Below are positions 53,993 to 60,786 of a DNA stretch of 60,786 nucleotides, piece after piece. Both the position numbers and the translations under genes were made by a program. The stretch covers positions 1-60,786 of the forward strand of contig USDD01000001.1 in the NCBI GenBank assembly GCA_900553265.1. The letters are read 5' to 3'. The notes beneath the pieces were generated by a model, which made no database searches, was not told where the DNA came from, and worked only from the letters and a program-made list of their open reading frames with translations. Source of the stretch: an uncultured Eubacteriales bacterium. GTDB taxonomy: Bacteria; Bacillota; Clostridia; Christensenellales; Aristaeellaceae. Position 1 is the first letter of the stretch; every line of letters starts with the position of its first letter.

Positions 53993-56377
53993 ATGAACAA
54001 AGACAACCGATTCTGGAAAATCGCCCTTCCGGCGCTGCTGGCCATGGTCATGGCCGGCGCGGCAGTCTGCGCCCTCGCCGGCGCGCTGGGGCTGGCGGTC
54101 AACGCCGCCCTGGTCTACGCCGCGGCGCTGCTGACGGCGGCGCTGTGCGCGCTGGCCACGGTCTCCGTGCCCATGCTGCTGGTCTCGTCCGCGGCGGGCG
54201 TGCTGCTGCTGGGCGGAATCATCGCGGCGCAGAGCGACGGCCTTCGCCAGATGGGCGCGCTGTGGACGGCGCTGAGCACAGGGGGAAGCCTCGACGGCGC
54301 CATGCAGGCGGCGCGGCTGGTTCAGCTTCTGGCCGCCGCCGCATTCAGCGGCGTATTGTTCCTTCTGCTCAGCCGCTCCGGAGCCACCGCCTTCGCGCTG
54401 GTGATCGAGGGCGCGGCCCTCATCGGCGGCTACGCCATGCGGCCGGAGATGAGTCTCGCCGCCGCCATTCCCGGCGTGGCCGCGGCGCTGTGCGCCTTCG
54501 CGCTGTCGGGCGGGCTGCCCCGGGACGCGGGCGCGTGGCGGATTCTGGTGCCGGTGGGGCTGTCCATGGCGCTGGCCTTCGCCCTCACGCCCCAGAGCGG
54601 AACCACATGGTCGCCGCTGGAGGAGCTGGCTCAGCGCGTGCGCTCGGCCTTCGAGGACTACTTCCGCTTCACCGAGGAGCGCATTCCCTTCGCGCTGAGC
54701 AGCGAGGGCTACGACCACGCGGCGGAGGTGGACGGCGGCGTGGTGGCGCGGCTGGGCGGCCCGGCCACGCCCGATTCCGACCCGGTGATGCGCGTGACCG
54801 CCGACGCGCCGGTGCTGCTGCGCGGCTCCATCCGCCGCACCTACACGGGCCACACCTGGGTGGATTCCGACGCGAAGGCGCGCTATCTGTTCTACGATTT
54901 CACCCGAAAGCGCGTGCGCGAGGACGTGTTCGGCATGATCGGAAACGACTGGATGCCGGCGGTGAACGTGTCGGTTTCGCTGATGACCGGCGGAACGAGC
55001 ACGCTGTTCGTGCCCGGCCGCATGGCCTCCTTCGACATGGACTACAACACGGCGGTCTATTACAACTCCATCGGCGAGATGTTCCTCGCCCGCCCCGTGG
55101 AGGACGGCGACGCGTATTCGCTGGTGGGCTGCGCCGCGCCGGACGAGGACGCGCTGCGCGCCGCCGTGGAGCGGATGCGCGACGCGGAGGACGCGGACTA
55201 CGCGTCCATCGTCGATTCCTGCACCCAGCTGCCCTCGGGCATTGAAAACGGCGTGTACGCGCTGACCATGGAGCTGACCCAGAACGCCTCCAATGCCACC
55301 GACAAGGCGCTGGCCATCGAGCATTGGCTGCGCAATAACTGCGTCTACACCCTCACGCCCGACTATCCCGACGAGAGCCGCGACTTCGTGTCCCAGTTCG
55401 TGCTGGACGGCCGGGAGGGCTATTGCAGCTATTTTGCCTCGGCCATGACGGTGATGTGCCGCATCGCCGGGCTGCCCGCGCGCTATGTGGAGGGCTATTC
55501 CGTCTCCGCCGCGGGCGCGGATCAGATTCTCACCGGCGAGGACGCGCACGCCTGGACGGAGGTCTATTTCAGCGGCATCGGCTGGATCGCCTTCGACCCC
55601 TCCAACGGCTCCGGCGGCGACGACGGCCTGTCCAATGAGCACACGCCCGGCGAGACTGCCGACCAGCCCGACAGCGCCGACCCGAGCGCGACCCCGGAGC
55701 CCGACGGCATGACCACGCCGCCCCCGGAGGACGGCTCCACCCCCGGCCCCGAGGAGAGCCCGACTCCCGAGCCCGACGCGCCCGACGACACGCCGAACCC
55801 CGACGAGGCCCCGACCCCGCCGCCCGACGGCGAACCCTCGCCCACGCCCGAATCCGACTGGGGCAATGCCGAGACCACGCCGCCGCCCGGCGGCGCATCC
55901 GAGCCGCCGGACAACAGCCCGGACGATTCCCATCGCAATCGCGCATGGCTGTGGATTCTGCTGGCGCTGCTGCTGCTCGCGCTCCTCATCGCGCTGATTG
56001 TATGGTGGGCAAAGCGCCGACTGGCCGCGGCGGATCCCATCCGTTTGAGCGAAAATGCCGGGGATTCCACCCGCGCGGCGCTGATCCTCTATCGCTCGCT
56101 GCTGACGCTGCTGTCCGTGATGGGCGTCTCCCCGCTGCCGGGCGAAACGCCCGCGGCCTTTGCGCAGCGCGCGGCGCTGCCGGACTGCGGCTTCGCCGCC
56201 TTCGCCGTGGCGCTGGAGCGCTCGGTCTACGCCCGCGGCGGCGCGGACGAGGAGACCGTCGCGCTGGGACAGAGCGCCTATGAGCAGCTTCTGACCCGCC
56301 TCAGGCGCGGCGAAAAGCTGCGGTTCCTCGCCCGCCGGATCCTCCGAGGTCTGGGCGACTTTGAGCAGATTCCGTAA
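53993..56377 (+). CDS. transglutaminase-like domain membrane protein (polytopic N-terminus, TGase core, Pro-rich linker, TM, C-terminal DUF4129-like region)
   Basis: [30 protein letters not shown]...[12 protein letters not shown]...AFDPSNG provides the Cys-His-Asp transglutaminase core. Confidence 0.88.
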   Translation: MNKDNRFWKIALPALLAMVMAGAAVCALAGALGLAVNAALVYAAALLTAALCALATVSVPMLLVSSAAGVLLLGGIIAAQSDGLRQMGALWTALSTGGSLDGAMQAARLVQLLAAAAFSGVLFLLLSRSGATAFALVIEGAALIGGYAMRPEMSLAAAIPGVAAALCAFALSGGLPRDAGAWRILVPVGLSMALAFALTPQSGTTWSPLEELAQRVRSAFEDYFRFTEERIPFALSSEGYDHAAEVDGGVVARLGGPATPDSDPVMRVTADAPVLLRGSIRRTYTGHTWVDSDAKARYLFYDFTRKRVREDVFGMIGNDWMPAVNVSVSLMTGGTSTLFVPGRMASFDMDYNTAVYYNSIGEMFLARPVEDGDAYSLVGCAAPDEDALRAAVERMRDAEDADYASIVDSCTQLPSGIENGVYALTMELTQNASNATDKALAIEHWLRNNCVYTLTPDYPDESRDFVSQFVLDGREGYCSYFASAMTVMCRIAGLPARYVEGYSVSAAGADQILTGEDAHAWTEVYFSGIGWIAFDPSNGSGGDDGLSNEHTPGETADQPDSADPSATPEPDGMTTPPPEDGSTPGPEESPTPEPDAPDDTPNPDEAPTPPPDGEPSPTPESDWGNAETTPPPGGASEPPDNSPDDSHRNRAWLWILLALLLLALLIALIVWWAKRRLAAADPIRLSENAGDSTRAALILYRSLLTLLSVMGVSPLPGETPAAFAQRAALPDCGFAAFAVALERSVYARGGADEETVALGQSAYEQLLTRLRRGEKLRFLARRILRGLGDFEQIP

Positions 56378-56436
56378 AATCCTTTATTCCGCCCGGATTG
56401 GAGGCCCTTCGCGCCCCGTTCGGGCGGTTGTTCTGC

Positions 56437-56465
56437 TTGTCAAAGCCGTGGATTCATGGTATAAT
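56437..56465 (+). promoter_or_regulatory. sigma-A-type promoter of secA
   Basis: TTGTCA 56437-56442, 17 bp spacer, TGgTATAAT (TATAAT 56460-56465). Confidence 0.5.
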
Positions 56466-56532
56466 TTTGAATGGCGGAGTTTTGGCCGGGTATGCCCGCG
56501 CCGAAAAGCCAAACCGCTTCTGGAGGAATGAC

Positions 56533-59255
<2,723 letters not shown>

Positions 59256-59271
<16 letters not shown>

Positions 59272-59557
59272 TGCAGTTGCTGCCGCGTTGAAATCGACGG
59301 AATTTGTGCAGCCTTGGTGGCTGCGCAAATTCCTGCGGGACGTTTCTGGGGTTGAGTTAGTTCAGACCGACGGCGCGGCGCGGCCTTGGTGGCCGCTTGC
59401 GCCTTGCAAGGCTGAGCCTTGACCCGGCAGCTGCCGCGTTGAAATCGACGGAATTTGTGCAGCCTTGGTGGCTGCGCAAATTCCTGCGGGACGTTTCTGG
59501 GGTTGAGTTAGTTCAGACCGACGGCGCGGCGCGGCCTTGGTGGCCGCTTGCGCCTGC
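59256..59557 (+). repeat. two tandem 151-bp units with a 100% identical 125-bp core; unit 1 starts inside the last codons of secA
   Basis: The cores at 59279-59403 and 59430-59554 are identical base for base. The 23-nt unit heads (59256-59278 and 59407-59429) match at 16 of 23 positions. Confidence 0.9.
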
Positions 59558-59635
59558 GATGGTTTTATGAAACGATTGGATTTTTGGAATCGAGGCGAGG
59601 GCCTGCGGTTTTGTGAAATGGAAGGGTGAGAATTT

Positions 59636-60733
59636 ATGCTGGAAATGGAAGGCTTTAAGCAGGATCTGGCTGAGGTTCGGCGGATGCTGGACGAGGCGGG
59701 TCAGTCGCTTCAGATCGAGCATCTGAAGGAACAGCTGATCGAGTATCAGGAGGACATGGGCTCCGCGGGCTTCTGGGACGACACGGAGCGCGCGCAGAAG
59801 ATTTCGGCCAAGGCCAGCAGCGTCGAGCGCCGGATTCAGCACTACGAGCATCTGGTCTCCCGCGCGGACGACATCGAGGTTATGATGGAGCTGGCCGACG
59901 AGGCCGACGACGAGGAGATGGCCGGCGAGATCAAGAGCGAGTTCGCTTCTCTGAAGGAGGATCTGGAGACGCTGCGCCTTCAGACGCTGCTCACCGGCGA
60001 GTACGACGGCTGCAACTGCATTCTGTCGCTGCATGCCGGCGCGGGCGGAACCGAGGCGCAGGACTGGACGCAGATGCTCTACCGCATGTACACGCGCTTC
60101 TGCGAGCGCATGGGCTTCACCGTCAAGGAGCTGGACATGCTGGACGGCGACGAGGCGGGCGTCAAGTCCGTCACCTTCGAGGTCACGGGCGACTACGCCT
60201 ACGGCTATCTGAAGTCCGAGCGCGGCGTGCACCGTCTGGTGCGCATTTCGCCCTTTGACGCGAACGCGCGCCGCCACACGTCCTTTGCGTCGCTGGACGT
60301 TTCCCCGGTCATCGAGGACGACGGGGCCATCGAGATTCGCCCCGAGGATCTGCGCATCGACACCTATCGCGCGTCCGGCGCGGGCGGTCAGCACGTCAAC
60401 CGCACCGACTCCGCCGTGCGCATCACCCATCTGCCCACGGGCATCGTCGTTCAGTGCCAGAACGAGCGCTCTCAGGTGCAGAACAAGGAGATGTGCTTCA
60501 TCTGGCTGCGCGCGCGTCTGGCCGAGCTGAAGGAACAGCAGCGCCAGGAGCAGATGGGCGAAATCAAGGGCGAGCTGAAGAAAATCGAATGGGGCAGCCA
60601 GATTCGCTCCTACGTGTTCCAGCCCTACACTCTGGTCAAGGACCATCGCACCGGCTACGAAATGGGCGACGTGTCCGCGGTCATGGACGGCGAGCTGGAG
60701 GGCTTCGTGACGAGCTATCTGCAAAAGCTGTAA
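59636..60733 (+). CDS. prfB: peptide chain release factor 2, encoded in a single frame (no programmed +1 frameshift)
   Basis: SPF tripeptide (RISPFDA) and GGQ (SGAGGQHVNRTDSAVRITH). Codon 25 is CTT and codon 26 is CAG rather than TGA. Confidence 0.93.
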   Translation: MLEMEGFKQDLAEVRRMLDEAGQSLQIEHLKEQLIEYQEDMGSAGFWDDTERAQKISAKASSVERRIQHYEHLVSRADDIEVMMELADEADDEEMAGEIKSEFASLKEDLETLRLQTLLTGEYDGCNCILSLHAGAGGTEAQDWTQMLYRMYTRFCERMGFTVKELDMLDGDEAGVKSVTFEVTGDYAYGYLKSERGVHRLVRISPFDANARRHTSFASLDVSPVIEDDGAIEIRPEDLRIDTYRASGAGGQHVNRTDSAVRITHLPTGIVVQCQNERSQVQNKEMCFIWLRARLAELKEQQRQEQMGEIKGELKKIEWGSQIRSYVFQPYTLVKDHRTGYEMGDVSAVMDGELEGFVTSYLQKL

Positions 60734-60758
60734 TGTACAACGTGAGTGAATCGGGGGA

Positions 60759-60786
60759 GGGCTTTTCTTTGGAAAAAGAAAAGCCC
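60759..60786 (+). terminator. probable prfB terminator hairpin (U-tract would lie beyond the window end)
   Basis: GGGCTTTTCTTT, loop GGAA, AAAGAAAAGCCC forms a 12-bp perfect stem. Confidence 0.5.

Noticed and set aside
59279-59554. Possible CRISPR array or leader, because of the exact repeats
   Set aside because: There are only two copies, the repeat is 125 bp, the spacer is 26 bp and itself related to the flanking sequence, and no cas genes are present. The architecture is not CRISPR-like.

Overview
This is a high-GC (about two-thirds G+C by eye) Firmicutes/Clostridia-type chromosomal segment, densely packed with about 50 protein genes. I found no rRNA, tRNA or CRISPR array. Most genes are housekeeping. 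They include an NSS transporter, rubrerythrin, a class A PBP, a pth-mfd-ygiQ-DUF4317 block, an ECF S-component with CoaX, RecD2-ComF, a TrmH-family methyltransferase, BofA, QueA, RuvB and MurJ. They also include SerC-SerA-DUF1015, PotABCD, a 3-gene glycan module, a MATE exporter, a beta-lactamase-fold hydrolase, a 5-gene Na+-decarboxylase/carboxyltransferase cluster, a MoxR-DUF58-transglutaminase triad, SecA and RF2. Four kinds of non-core content stand out. (i) The first ~2.1 kb is the lower-GC edge of a conjugative or mobile element, with a truncated ArdC, an RHH regulator with triple operator repeats, and orphan ORFs. (ii) A small lower-GC islet at 41.6-44.4 kb holds a HEPN-motif (RNxxxH) protein start/stop-coupled to the hydrolase, a 169-bp inverted-repeat element, an orphan D-lyxose isomerase, and a DUF4375/DMP19-like gene coupled to a 2-TM protein. 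(iii) Three intergenic repeats occur: a perfect 125-bp core duplicated with 151-bp period between secA and prfB, decayed copies of the trmH 3' end, and three degenerate repeats between recD2 and comF. (iv) A membrane protein with four Cys/His modules sits upstream of the MoxR triad. I see no complete, recognisable defence system; the HEPN islet is the best candidate for something undescribed, and that call rests on inference. Many long ORFs in the six-frame track are antisense shadow ORFs typical of high-GC DNA and were not called. All family assignments come from motif recognition by eye, not from searches.
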